64,000 nt of DNA from Rubrobacteraceae bacterium (lineage in GTDB: Bacteria; Actinomycetota; Rubrobacteria; Rubrobacterales; Rubrobacteraceae). Below are positions 26,649 to 36,145 of this stretch, in pieces; positions within the stretch are counted from its first letter, which is position 1, and each line of letters begins with the position of its first letter. The position numbers and the translations under genes are program-made. Below the pieces are notes generated by a model. That model saw only the letters and a program-made list of their open reading frames with translations, was not told the DNA's origin and ran no database searches. The stretch lies in NCBI GenBank assembly GCA_041745215.1, contig JBGTJJ010000040.1, forward strand, positions 15,309 to 79,308, read 5' to 3'.

Positions 26649-27233
26649 CTAGGGAAAACCTACAGCCTGCGCCATCGCCCGTTTGGAATCCCGCGCGAAC
26701 CGCTTCTGTAACGCTCTTCCTACCGGGTAACCGAGCCGCGCCAGCGGATGACGGGGACGGGAGAAAGCGTAGACGTCGTACCAGACCGAGCCATCCGCAC
26801 GGTTCCACTCGACGGTGAACCGCTCCTCGCCACTCTCCGCGTGCTCCGGCAGCGTGCCGTAGGCGAAACCGTACCGTTTGACCTCGCCTTCTTCCTCGAT
26901 CAGATAAACGATCCGGCATGCGTTTAGTGACCAGAAGCCGTAATGATGCCCGATCACCGCGACCGTCGTCCCTGATTCGGTAGGCGCACACGGAGGATAG
27001 ATACGAACCCATCCCAGGTCGAACATCTTCCAGCCACGCAGGGCCTCCACCGCCCGGACGAACGCCTCTTCACCCTCACCTAAACGGATCCTGTTATGGT
27101 CCACCGTATATCCACCAACGGACGCCGCACCGAGGCGCGAAGCCCCAACCTCCGGGTAAGAGAATGGCTTCTCCTCCTGATCGCCCAGAAACCCCTCGAT
27201 GCGTTCCGTGGAAGGCTCAACTAGTAGAAACAA
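26649..27233 (-). CDS. DUF1990-family protein
   Basis: Pattern FSYPEVGASR...GGY.VDHNRIRLGEGEEAF..A..ALRGWKMF. Confidence 0.6.
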   Translation of the reverse strand: MFLLVEPSTERIEGFLGDQEEKPFSYPEVGASRLGAASVGGYTVDHNRIRLGEGEEAFVRAVEALRGWKMFDLGWVRIYPPCAPTESGTTVAVIGHHYGFWSLNACRIVYLIEEEGEVKRYGFAYGTLPEHAESGEERFTVEWNRADGSVWYDVYAFSRPRHPLARLGYPVGRALQKRFARDSKRAMAQAVGFP

Positions 27234-27284
27234 AGCTTCAGGACTCGCCGTTCGCTAACGGGCGCGATGTTATCCGGCGGACCT

Positions 27285-27728
27285 TCATCCCGTGCCCGAG
27301 GAACCGAATCCTCCCTCGCCACGACCGTCCAGGCTGTCTTCGAGAAGATCCACCTCGACGAAGTCCGCCTCGGCAGCCCGCACGAACACGATCTGGGCGA
27401 TCCTCATTCCCGGCGTGACCTCGAAAGACTCATCCCGGTCGTGGTTTATGAGGGGGACCTGGATCTCCCCCCGGTAACCCGAGTCTATGAGCCCCGGCGT
27501 ATTAACGAGCGAGACTCCATGCCTTACCGCGAGCCCGCTGCGCGGCAGCACGAGGCCCGCATAACCTTCAGGGATGGCGACCGAGATCCCCGTCCGAACC
27601 AGCGCCCGTTCGCCGGGAGCCAGACGAACCTCATCGACCGAGCACAGGTCGTAGCCTGCGTCACCCGCGTGGGCCTGCGCCGGCAAACGGGCATCCTCTT
27701 GCAACCGTCGGAAGGGTATCCGCATCAA
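27285..27728 (-). CDS. dut: dUTP diphosphatase
   Basis: Motifs AGYDL, PRSGLA, GLIDSGYRGE and RIAQ. Confidence 0.9.
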   Translation of the reverse strand: MMRIPFRRLQEDARLPAQAHAGDAGYDLCSVDEVRLAPGERALVRTGISVAIPEGYAGLVLPRSGLAVRHGVSLVNTPGLIDSGYRGEIQVPLINHDRDESFEVTPGMRIAQIVFVRAAEADFVEVDLLEDSLDGRGEGGFGSSGTG

Positions 27729-27785
27729 AGTTTCCGTGTCATAGGATGGGCCATCTTAGCATGCGGTAGCAGGACATTTGGCGCT

Positions 27786-28169
27786 TCAAGAGCGCCAGCG
27801 GAACCAGAGCAGTGCCGCCACGTAGGCCACCGCGAACGCGAAACCCAGGAGCGCATAGGGCTGGCCATCCTGTCCCCGCACTATCTCATAGACGAACGCC
27901 CCGATTATAACCACGGCCAGGAACTCGCTGGCGAACCAGATCGCACGCAGGTTGAACGACTTCCACATCTCGTCGGCGGGCTGTCCGCGCAATACCCGCA
28001 CGACCTGGCTGCTGCCGGTAAAGAGCAAGACTCCATAGCCGACCATGACGGCGAACGGCCCCAGACCGGCGACCGGATTGCCCGCCGCTCAAAACGCAAA
28101 CAGGAAAACTATACCGAAGAGCAGACAGAGCAACGGCACCGCCCACCTCTTACTTCTCGTAGTCTGCAT
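27786..28169 (-). pseudogene. 4-TM small membrane protein gene interrupted by an in-frame TGA (28091..28089)
   Basis: The ATG at 28169 gives MQTTRSKRWAVPLLCLLFGIVFLFAF, then TGA, then AAGNPVAGLGPFAV, which joins in frame to the 86-aa track ORF (MVGYGVLLF...). I verified this codon by codon. It lies downstream of the XRE gene and overlaps it. Confidence 0.45.
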
Positions 28170-28350
28170 GGAAAACCTCCTCTACAGGTAGGGCGAAGAA
28201 CCGGGCCAGAGAGATCGCCAGCGGCAACGACGGCGTGTAACGTCCGGTCTCGATCGCATTGATCGTCTGCCGCGACACGCCCATCTCCTCCGCCAACCGA
28301 CCCTGGGACAATCCTTTCTCGGCCCTGAGCTCTCGCACGTCGTTCTTCAT
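28150..28350 (-). CDS. XRE-family HTH transcriptional regulator (short, YozG-like)
   Basis: 66 aa with LRAEKGLSQGRLAEEMGVSRQTINAIETGRYTPSL. Confidence 0.85.
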   Translation of the reverse strand: MKNDVRELRAEKGLSQGRLAEEMGVSRQTINAIETGRYTPSLPLAISLARFFALPVEEVFHADYEK

Positions 28351-28352
28351 GG

Positions 28353-28399
28353 GTGTAAAGCTAACTTAACAGTCAATGTTTGTCAAGTTGGCTTTACAC
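28353..28399. promoter_or_regulatory. long imperfect inverted repeat (19-nt arms, 17/19 matching, 9-nt spacer) directly upstream of the XRE gene; candidate auto-operator
   Basis: GTGTAAAGCTAACTTAACA ... TGTCAAGTTGGCTTTACAC, read in the sequence. Confidence 0.45.
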
Positions 28400-28476
28400 A
28401 GATGCTCTTTTACAGATTGCCGAAGATTCCATGACCGCGCAATTATCGGGCATTCCAAGATGTTATTCTTTACGCC

Positions 28477-30192
28477 ATGAGCGAGAAGAGAGAGCGTTAC
28501 CTGGTAACTTCGGCGCTGCCATACGCAAACGGTCCGTTACACCTCGGGCAGATCGTCGGGGCGTACCTGCCGGCGGACGTGTTCGTGCGCTACCTGCGCG
28601 CCCGAGGCCACGACGTAGTCTACGTCTGCGGCACCGACGAGCACGGCGTACCCATAACCCTCACCGCCGAGCGCGAGGGAAAGACCCCCCGCGAGGTCGT
28701 GGACTACTGGTACGACCATATGAAAGGAACCTTCGCCCGCCTGGGCATCAGCTTCGACAACTTCTCGCGCACCTCTACACCGCTTCACGCGAAGAATACC
28801 CAGCTCTTCTACCAGAAGCTCAAGGAAGGTGGGTACATCTCCGAGGCCGAGAGCCGCCAGATGTACAGCCCGACCGAAGGACGTTTCTTGCCGGACCGCT
28901 ACGTCGAGGGGACGTGTCCGGTCTGCGGCTACAAGGAGGCGCGGGGCGACCAGTGCGACAACTGCGGTAGCTGGTACGAGGCGTACGAGCTCATAGAGCC
29001 GCACTCGAAGGTTACCGGCGGCCCGGTCGAGGTCCGGGAGACGACTCATTTGTACCTGGACTTGCCCAAGTTCTCCGAGAGGATAAAGGACTGGATCGGG
29101 GGCCAGAAGCACTGGCGCGACTCGGTACGGAACTTCGTGCTCGGCATGATCGAAGGCGGTCTGGAGAAGCGACCCATCACCCGCGACATCGAGTGGGGAG
29201 TCCCGATCCCCGAACCGGGCTTCGAAGATAAGCGATTCTACGTCTGGTTCGACGCCCCGATAGGCTACGTCTCCTCCACGATGGAGTGGGCTGAGTTGAT
29301 CGGCGACCCGGACCGCTGGCGCGAGTACTGGCAGGAGCCGGACACGAAGATGGTCCACTTTATCGGGAAGGACAACACGGTCTTCCACGCCGTGGTGTGG
29401 CCCGCGATGCTGATGGGGACCGCCGAGGACGGCGAAGAGCCGTTCATATTGCCCTACAACATCCCGGCCAACGAGTTCATGAACCTCGAAGTAGTAGTGA
29501 ATGGGGAGCCGCGCTCGATGCAGATGTCCACGAGCCGCAACCTGGCCGTGTGGCTGCACGAGACGCTTGACGATTTTCCCGCCGACCTCCTGCGGTTCTA
29601 CCTGGCATCCATATTGCCCGAGACCGGGGACGTGGACTTCTCCTGGCGCGAGTTCCAGTCGCGGGTGAACTCCGACCTGATCGGCAACCTCGGCAACTAC
29701 ATAAACCGCGTTCTTTCCTTCACCGAGAAATACGCCGACGGCGAGTCCAACCGTCCAGACGAGTTGCCGGAAGAATCAAACGCGGTACTGGAAGACTTCA
29801 AACGGATAGAGGACCGCTACGAGCAGAAGATGCTCGCCGGCCGTCCCCGCGACGCCCTCACGGAGCTACTCGCCCTCGGACGCCGGGCCAATCAGTTCTT
29901 CGACTCCGAGGCCCCCTGGAAGACTCGCAAGGAGAACCCGGAGCGCGCCAGAGTCACGCTATACACGTGCTCCGTCCTCCTCGGCTCCCTCGCCTACCAC
30001 GCCACACCATTCGTCCCGGAGGCCGTCGAACGGCTAGAAGCCTTCTTCACCGGACCGGTTGATCGGGTTTTGGATCTCGACCTTCCGACGAGCTACCGGG
30101 TAACGGGAGCGAAGCCGCTCTTCCGGAGGATCGAAGACGTCGAGGTCACGGCGGCGGAAGAGAAGCTCGCGCGGGCGGCGCGAGGAGAATAG
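28477..30192 (+). CDS. metG: methionine--tRNA ligase (zinc-knuckle type) with non-canonical HIGH/KMSKS
   Basis: PYANGPLHLGQ, zinc knuckle CPVCGYKEARGDQCDNCG and anticodon-binding region. The KMSKS position reads QMSTS. Confidence 0.9.
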   Translation: MSEKRERYLVTSALPYANGPLHLGQIVGAYLPADVFVRYLRARGHDVVYVCGTDEHGVPITLTAEREGKTPREVVDYWYDHMKGTFARLGISFDNFSRTSTPLHAKNTQLFYQKLKEGGYISEAESRQMYSPTEGRFLPDRYVEGTCPVCGYKEARGDQCDNCGSWYEAYELIEPHSKVTGGPVEVRETTHLYLDLPKFSERIKDWIGGQKHWRDSVRNFVLGMIEGGLEKRPITRDIEWGVPIPEPGFEDKRFYVWFDAPIGYVSSTMEWAELIGDPDRWREYWQEPDTKMVHFIGKDNTVFHAVVWPAMLMGTAEDGEEPFILPYNIPANEFMNLEVVVNGEPRSMQMSTSRNLAVWLHETLDDFPADLLRFYLASILPETGDVDFSWREFQSRVNSDLIGNLGNYINRVLSFTEKYADGESNRPDELPEESNAVLEDFKRIEDRYEQKMLAGRPRDALTELLALGRRANQFFDSEAPWKTRKENPERARVTLYTCSVLLGSLAYHATPFVPEAVERLEAFFTGPVDRVLDLDLPTSYRVTGAKPLFRRIEDVEVTAAEEKLARAARGE

Positions 30193-30195
30193 CAG

Positions 30196-31356
30196 CTACT
30201 TCGCCGCTCTCCGGCGTCCCAGGCGTAGCGAGAGGACGAATACCAGAACGCCCGCCGCGACTATGACCGCCAGGGCGAGCCGCAACCCGAACAACTCCGC
30301 CAACCCGCCCACGACCACCGGCCCCAAAAGAAACCCGCCATATCCAAAAGTCGTAACCACCGAAACGGCGCTCCCGGCCCGTCCCGGCGCCAGATTCCCC
30401 GCCATGGAGAAAGCAACCGGCACAATCGCCGAAAGGGCGAGGCCGACGAGCAAAAAGCCCATGATGATAATTACAGGTCTCTGGGTAACGAGAGCTACCG
30501 ACATTCCAACAGAGACCAGCGCCCCCGAACCCAAAAGGGTGATCCGGTTTCCGAAGCGGGCCACGACGGCGGCGGAAGCAAGGCGGCCCACTGCCATCGC
30601 CGCATAGAAAACGGCGACTCCCGAAGACCCGAGCAGCGCCGGAAGCCCGACGTTGTCCCGCAGATAGATGCCCGACCAATGCTCCATCTCGCCCTCGGAG
30701 AGCATGGATAGGGTCGCTATAGCGGCCACGAGCAACAGCGGGAGGCTAAGAAATAGGTCGTAGCGACCGGGCTTCTCTACGTAGCCTACGGCTTCCGGGT
30801 GAGGGAAACGAGTAATGCCCACGGATATAAGAACCGCGCCCAGCGGGATCAAGACAGCAAGGTACACGTACCGGAACCCGATACCGGCTTCCAGCAGCCC
30901 ACCCGCCGAGAGGGCGCCGACGACCCCTCCGGCGCTGAAAGTCGCGTGCAGAAGCGTCATGTAGCGGTGGCCCGTAACCCTCTCCAGATCCACGGCGGCG
31001 GCGTTTATCCCTACGTCGTAGAGCCCGGAGGCGGAATAGAGGACTACCAAAACCAGGATCAGGGCCGCGTACCCACCAGCGACCGCGAGACCCAGGATAC
31101 CCAGTCCGAAAACGGCGGACGAACCTAGAAGAAATACCCGGCGTCCGAGCCGGTCGGCAGTCCATCCGAGAGCCGCCATGGAGAGTATGGAGGCCGCGGC
31201 CCCGGCGAATAGGGCGAGGCCCAGGGGACCAGGCGAGAGGTCTAGGGCGCGGGCGAGGTCCGCCAAAAGGACCGCGAAAGTACCCGCGAATAGTCCGAAG
31301 AACCCGAACGCGCCGAACACCACGGGCAGGCTGCGCGGCCTCGTATCTATCTCCAT
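30196..31356 (-). CDS. MFS transporter
   Basis: 386 aa with about 12 TM helices and the loop motif DRLGRRVFLL. Confidence 0.85.
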   Translation of the reverse strand: MEIDTRPRSLPVVFGAFGFFGLFAGTFAVLLADLARALDLSPGPLGLALFAGAAASILSMAALGWTADRLGRRVFLLGSSAVFGLGILGLAVAGGYAALILVLVVLYSASGLYDVGINAAAVDLERVTGHRYMTLLHATFSAGGVVGALSAGGLLEAGIGFRYVYLAVLIPLGAVLISVGITRFPHPEAVGYVEKPGRYDLFLSLPLLLVAAIATLSMLSEGEMEHWSGIYLRDNVGLPALLGSSGVAVFYAAMAVGRLASAAVVARFGNRITLLGSGALVSVGMSVALVTQRPVIIIMGFLLVGLALSAIVPVAFSMAGNLAPGRAGSAVSVVTTFGYGGFLLGPVVVGGLAELFGLRLALAVIVAAGVLVFVLSLRLGRRRAAK

Positions 31357-31471
31357 ATACCTCGTCTCGGAGTCTGGCCCTGCAGTCTATGCGCAGGTGG
31401 ACCGGGCAGAACTTCAGAGCCTCATAAAAAACGTGTTTCTAGTTCGGGTGTCCGCAGCTTCCCCGGAGTGG

Positions 31472-31504
31472 GCTATCCGCCGCTATCCGCCGCTATCCGC
31501 CGCT
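31472..31504. repeat. 10-bp tandem repeat GCTATCCGCC x3 (+3 nt)
   Basis: Read directly. The distal copy contains the last codons and the TAG stop of the rhodanese gene. Confidence 0.85.
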
Positions 31505-31861
31505 CTCGACCTCGTAACCTTTCTCGCGCCAGGCATTCGTGCCGCCCTGCATGTTTGCGACGTTCGTGTAGCCCATCTCCCGAAGGGTCTTCGTCGCCAG
31601 AGTTCCCCGGCCGCCGACGGCGCAGTGTACGACGATACGCTGGTCTTTCTCCGGCAACTCGTCGTTAGCCAGATACTCCAGCATCCCACGCGGTATGTGC
31701 TTCGCACCCGGAATATGTCCCTGCTCATACTCGCCTGGCTCCCGCACGTCAAGAACCGTGAACTCTTCGCCGGACTCTACCGACTCGTGGACTTCCTCCA
31801 CGCTGACCTGCTCCGTCTCTTCGCGAGCCTCGGCCACCATCTCCTCGTAGCTCTTCGCCAT
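31493..31861 (-). CDS. rhodanese-like sulfurtransferase domain protein
   Basis: Trimmed to the ATG at 31861, preceded by GGGAGGA. Active-site loop VVHCAVGGRG; 122 aa. Confidence 0.85.
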   Translation of the reverse strand: MAKSYEEMVAEAREETEQVSVEEVHESVESGEEFTVLDVREPGEYEQGHIPGAKHIPRGMLEYLANDELPEKDQRIVVHCAVGGRGTLATKTLREMGYTNVANMQGGTNAWREKGYEVESGG

Positions 31862-32009
31862 TTCGATCCTCCCGTTCTCTATTGCACGTGAGGACCATGT
31901 TAGCATCGCGCGCCGAAACCGTGCGCCTCTCGTAAGATGCGAAACTCCAAACACATCTCCTCTATTAGGCGGACTGTAGAATGACGCGGTAGGCGATAGA
32001 GGAGATAGC

Positions 32010-33473
32010 TTGGGTGAGTACGACCTGGTAGTGATCGGTGGCGGCACGGCGGGATTGGTCGCGGCGGCGGGCGGAGCCTCGCTCGGCGCGAAGGTGGCCC
32101 TGATAGAGAAAAACAAGCTCGGCGGCGAATGTCTCTACTACGGTTGTGTACCGACCAAAGCACTCGTAAAGAGCGCGAAGGTAGCGAGCCTCATGCGCCG
32201 CGCCCCGGAGTTCGGGATCAGTGAAGTGCCGGTCGAGGTGGACTTCCCGGCGGTGATGCGCCGGATGCGCTCCGTCATAGAGAAAGCCGGCGAGGCCGAC
32301 AGCCCCGACAGGTTCCGGAAGCTCGGCGTCGAGGTGTTTCTAGGCGCTTCGGCCCGCTTCGAGGAACCGCAAGAAGTCTCCGTGAACGGGAGTCGGCTGC
32401 GGTCGCGCAGCGTCATCCTGGCAACCGGCTCCTACGCCAAACCGCCACCCATCGAAGGACTCGAAGAAGCCGGCTACGTGGACCACGTGAGTGTCCTTGA
32501 GCTGGAAAAACTGCCCCGCTCGATGGTGATCGTAGGCTCCGGCCCGATAGGCAGCGAGTTCTCCCAGATATTCGCCCGCTTCGGGTGCCGGGTAGAGCTG
32601 ATCTCCTCTTCCCCCGATCCACTCCCCAAAGAGGACCCGGAGGTAAGCGCCGCGCTACGCCAATTCCTCGAAGAAGACAGCATAAAAGTCCACGGCGGAG
32701 TCCGGGCCGAATCGGTCCGTGTTGCGTACGGCGAGAAGGTCGTCACCGTTAAGGACAAGCAAACCGGCGAGACGTTCGAGGTGCGTGGGGAGGAGATCCT
32801 GGTAGCAGCCGGACGAGCACCCTCCGTAGACGGGCTGAACCTCGCAGGCGTCGGCATCGCGATCGGCGACAACGGCGTGAAAGTCGACGAGCACCTCGAA
32901 ACGACCGCCAAAAACGTCTACGCCTCCGGCGACATAACCGGCAAGCTCCTCTTTACCCACGCCGCCGAGCACCAGAGCCGCACCGCCCTCTCCAACGCCC
33001 TCTTCCCAATCAAACAAAAGATAGACTACGACGCATTCCCCTGGACGACGTTCACCGACCCCGAAGTCGCCCGCGTAGGCCTCACCGAGCAACAAGCCCG
33101 CGAACAACACGACAGCGTAAAGGTCTTCCGCTTCTCCTTCGAAGACCTCGACCGGGCCATCTGCGACGGCGAGGCGGAAGGTTTCGTCAAGCTGGTGACG
33201 TACAAGCGCGGCAAAATCCTCGGCGGTCACATCATCGGCCCCGAAGCCGGGAACTACATCGCCGAGGTCGTGCTCGCCATGCGGAAAGGCATCTCCGTCG
33301 GCGAGTTATCCCAGACCGTCCACGTCTACCCCACCCTCTCCGAGAGCGTCAAAAAGGCCGGCGACGGCTACTATCGCGAGAAGCTATTCACCGAGCGAAA
33401 CAAGAAGATTCTGGGCGCGGTCTTCTCCGTCCGACGCTTCCTGGAGCACCAGATAGGGCGGCTGAGAGGCTGA
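32010..33473 (+). CDS. FAD-dependent pyridine nucleotide-disulfide oxidoreductase (dihydrolipoyl dehydrogenase/mercuric reductase-like)
   Basis: GGGTAG FAD motif, redox pair GGECLYYGCVPTK, NAD motif GSGPIGSE and a dimerisation domain. TTG start. Confidence 0.85.
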   Translation: MGEYDLVVIGGGTAGLVAAAGGASLGAKVALIEKNKLGGECLYYGCVPTKALVKSAKVASLMRRAPEFGISEVPVEVDFPAVMRRMRSVIEKAGEADSPDRFRKLGVEVFLGASARFEEPQEVSVNGSRLRSRSVILATGSYAKPPPIEGLEEAGYVDHVSVLELEKLPRSMVIVGSGPIGSEFSQIFARFGCRVELISSSPDPLPKEDPEVSAALRQFLEEDSIKVHGGVRAESVRVAYGEKVVTVKDKQTGETFEVRGEEILVAAGRAPSVDGLNLAGVGIAIGDNGVKVDEHLETTAKNVYASGDITGKLLFTHAAEHQSRTALSNALFPIKQKIDYDAFPWTTFTDPEVARVGLTEQQAREQHDSVKVFRFSFEDLDRAICDGEAEGFVKLVTYKRGKILGGHIIGPEAGNYIAEVVLAMRKGISVGELSQTVHVYPTLSESVKKAGDGYYREKLFTERNKKILGAVFSVRRFLEHQIGRLRG

Positions 33474-33478
33474 CGCTT

Positions 33479-34414
33479 TTACGCTTTGCGATGTTCGGTG
33501 GCTACGGTGTAGGTCCCGTCAGGGAGGGCTGAAAGCTCGTAGTCGCCGAAGAGGATCGGGTCGGAAGTATGCAGGCAGAGGAAGAGACGGAGGGCTAGGG
33601 CCCGGATCTCGCTCTCCGCGTGCGCGTCGGCCCGCATCTCTATTATGTGCCTCAGCGCCCGGACGTTGCCGGTGAAGACCATCGGGGCCTCGGTCTCGTT
33701 GGGTAGCAGAGACCGGGCGGTCTGCTGGACTTTTTTGCGGGCGTCGGTCTTGTAGTCGGCGGAGAGCATGGCGGCTCCCCCCTCTTGACGATCCAACAAC
33801 TCTTCAGCCATCGACTCGTATTCGGCGGCGGCCCGGTCGGCCCGTTCTTCGAAGGTCCGGTGTAGTTCCTCGTCTTCCTGGTACTCTGGACGCTCCACGA
33901 AACGGAGCACAGCACCGCTAACGTAGCGCTGGCTTATTTGCGAGAAGCCTGCTCCGGCCCGGTGACGGACGAGCTCGTGGGTTACGCTGCGGCTGATACC
34001 GTAGAGCAGGAAGCTGAAGCTGGCGTGCTCCAGTACGGAGCCGTGGCCCGCCGAGGTGAGGCGCTCGAAGTAGGACGCGGCGTTCTCGTTGGTGGTCCTG
34101 CGCGGTCCGAATGAAGCGTAGCAGAGCTGTCCCGCCGTCTTGCAGAGTTGGGAGGAGTCGGGCAACTCCGTGGGGTCGTTCAGGTAGTCTGGGAAGCCGA
34201 GCGCGGGGTCGAAGCCTTCGAGGAAACCTTCCAGTCCTGCCACGTTGGTCTGGGGACGGGCAAGCATGACGACGCCGGGGCTTTTGAGGTAGGGAGTGCC
34301 ATATTTCGTATGGTGCGCGGTGGAGTGAATGGCGGGAAAACCACCATTAACCGCCCCTCCAAACTTATCGAAAAGACCTGCTATGCGTCCGGCGTTCTGC
34401 TCGCTCGTCTCCAT
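33479..34414 (-). CDS. thyX: FAD-dependent thymidylate synthase
   Basis: ThyX signature RHRAGAGFSQISQRY. 311 aa with a longer N-terminus than the roughly 250-aa forms. Confidence 0.85.
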   Translation of the reverse strand: METSEQNAGRIAGLFDKFGGAVNGGFPAIHSTAHHTKYGTPYLKSPGVVMLARPQTNVAGLEGFLEGFDPALGFPDYLNDPTELPDSSQLCKTAGQLCYASFGPRRTTNENAASYFERLTSAGHGSVLEHASFSFLLYGISRSVTHELVRHRAGAGFSQISQRYVSGAVLRFVERPEYQEDEELHRTFEERADRAAAEYESMAEELLDRQEGGAAMLSADYKTDARKKVQQTARSLLPNETEAPMVFTGNVRALRHIIEMRADAHAESEIRALALRLFLCLHTSDPILFGDYELSALPDGTYTVATEHRKA

Positions 34415-34484
34415 TAGATTCCCTTCTGTTCTTTAGTCGAAGGGTATCTAATTTACCGGGTCGCGTCTGCGATTCCGGCCACCG

Positions 34485-35135
34485 CTATCCACTGTGTGGC
34501 CGGCTGGGGATGTTGATCCAGGAGGCCGAATAGCCCGCCATGTGGAGGCTTTGCACTACGGTTGAGGGGTCTTCGGCCGAGAGCCGGAAGACCATGGTGC
34601 GGTTGCCGGCTCGTTTTTCGGGCTCCGACAGGGCGCTCACTATGTCTACGTCCAGGTCGTTGATGCATTCTACGACCTCGGCTAGCGCACCTGCCCGATC
34701 CGTGGTCTGCACCTCAACCTGGCTGCCGGATTCGTGGACCCCGGTTAGCATGACGAGCGCACGCATTACGTCCGTGGAGGTCACGATGCCGAGCAGCTTC
34801 TGGTCCTCCATCACCGGCAGCGCGTCCAGCTTCCTCTCGTACATCTCCTTGGCGGCGTACCCGGTCGGGTCTTGCGGATGGGCCGTCACGACATCCCGGC
34901 TCATGAAATCTCCTACCCGGAGGTTTCTTACGGCCTCTTCGTGATCGGGGTCGTCCGGCGAGGGGCTCGCTTCGCTGAGATCCCGGTCCGAGACTATGCC
35001 TACCAGTTCTCCGTTCTCCAAAATCGGGATGTGGCGTATCTCGCGTTCCCGAAGTAGTTGTAGGGCTTCCGCCACGCTGGCCTCCGGCTCCAGCGTCATG
35101 AGATCACGGGTCATCAAGTCTCTCACCAGCAGCAT
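34485..35135 (-). CDS. CBS-pair plus ACT domain protein (AcuB-like)
   Basis: Two CBS repeats (MTRDLMTL..., FMSRDVVTA...) followed by an ACT-like C-terminus (VEVQTTDRAGALAEV). Confidence 0.8.
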   Translation of the reverse strand: MLLVRDLMTRDLMTLEPEASVAEALQLLREREIRHIPILENGELVGIVSDRDLSEASPSPDDPDHEEAVRNLRVGDFMSRDVVTAHPQDPTGYAAKEMYERKLDALPVMEDQKLLGIVTSTDVMRALVMLTGVHESGSQVEVQTTDRAGALAEVVECINDLDVDIVSALSEPEKRAGNRTMVFRLSAEDPSTVVQSLHMAGYSASWINIPSRPHSG

Positions 35136-35254
35136 TTAGCCTCCCTCGGGGTCGCGGTGCGGGTACATTCCGGAAAGCCCGAAAGGCACCCCCCGTACCC
35201 GATACTCTACCAAATACGCGGCGTCCGCATGAATCCGGAGTTTAGAGAATAGTA

Positions 35255-36091
35255 TTAAACCGCTTCGGAGAGAGCCTGCCGGAGCGCGCCGGAGTAGCGT
35301 CCGGTACGGATGGTCCTGAGCGCTTTGATCTCTACCTGACGCGCCCGCTCTTGCGAGATACCCAGAGTCTCGGAGACCTCGCGGAGGGTGCGGATCTCAC
35401 CGCCGTCGAGCCCGTTGCGGAGCTCCAGAACTTTTGCCTCACGTTCGGGCAGAGACCTTATCGCCTCTGTGAGAGTCCGCTCCCACTGGCCGGCGTCGAT
35501 GCGGGCGTAGTCTTCGCCGGACCGCTCGTCCGGTAGCAGATCACCCACCTCAGAGCCTTCCTCGACCCCGAGCCTGGCGTTTATGCTCCCGATGGGCTGG
35601 CTGACCTCGCGCAGCCGTCGGGCCTCTTCGGACTTTATCTCCAGCCTGGCGGCGATCTCCTCGTCGGTAGCGTCTCGTCCTAACTCGACGCTCAGGGTCG
35701 ACTCGGTCCGGCGCAAGCGGAACAAGGAATCTACGACGTGGGCCGGCAGACGCACGGTGCGGGCCTGATCCGCTATGGCACGGGTCATACCCTGCCTTAT
35801 CCACCACGTCGCATAGGTAGAGAAACGGTTGCCGAGCGTTGGATCGAACTTCTCCACAGCCCGGATAAGTCCGGCGTTGCCTTCCTGGATCAGGTCCTCG
35901 AAAGCCACGCCCCGCCCCCGGTATTTCTTGGCGATGGAGATGACCAATCGCAGGTTCGATTCTATGAGCCGCCTCCGGGCTTTCCTGTCGCCCTGACGGG
36001 CGCGCCGGCTGAGGTCCCGCTCCTCTGCCGCGTCCAGCAATCTGCCGCCCCGTATCCTACCCAGGTAATGTGTGAGAGTGTCCTGCTCCAT
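35255..36091 (-). CDS. sigma-70 family RNA polymerase sigma factor (regions 1.2-4; group 2/3-like)
   Basis: Region 2 [18 protein letters not shown]...[11 protein letters not shown] and region 4 [19 protein letters not shown]. Confidence 0.9.
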   Translation of the reverse strand: MEQDTLTHYLGRIRGGRLLDAAEERDLSRRARQGDRKARRRLIESNLRLVISIAKKYRGRGVAFEDLIQEGNAGLIRAVEKFDPTLGNRFSTYATWWIRQGMTRAIADQARTVRLPAHVVDSLFRLRRTESTLSVELGRDATDEEIAARLEIKSEEARRLREVSQPIGSINARLGVEEGSEVGDLLPDERSGEDYARIDAGQWERTLTEAIRSLPEREAKVLELRNGLDGGEIRTLREVSETLGISQERARQVEIKALRTIRTGRYSGALRQALSEAV

Positions 36092-36145
36092 CCCGTCCCC
36101 TTTCTTTCTAGCTTTTCGTCCGGCCGCGATGGCCGTCGTACTCCT

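Noticed and set aside
28089-28091. In-frame TGA as a selenocysteine codon
   Set aside because: The position lies in a hydrophobic membrane segment with no redox motif. I saw no obvious SECIS-like hairpin immediately downstream, and no sel genes lie in the window.
27267-28262. 331-aa plus-strand ORF
   Set aside because: It is antisense to dut, the split membrane gene and the XRE gene, is Arg-rich, and matches no family.
28537-29559. 340-aa minus-strand ORF inside metG
   Set aside because: It is antisense to an unambiguous MetRS coding sequence.
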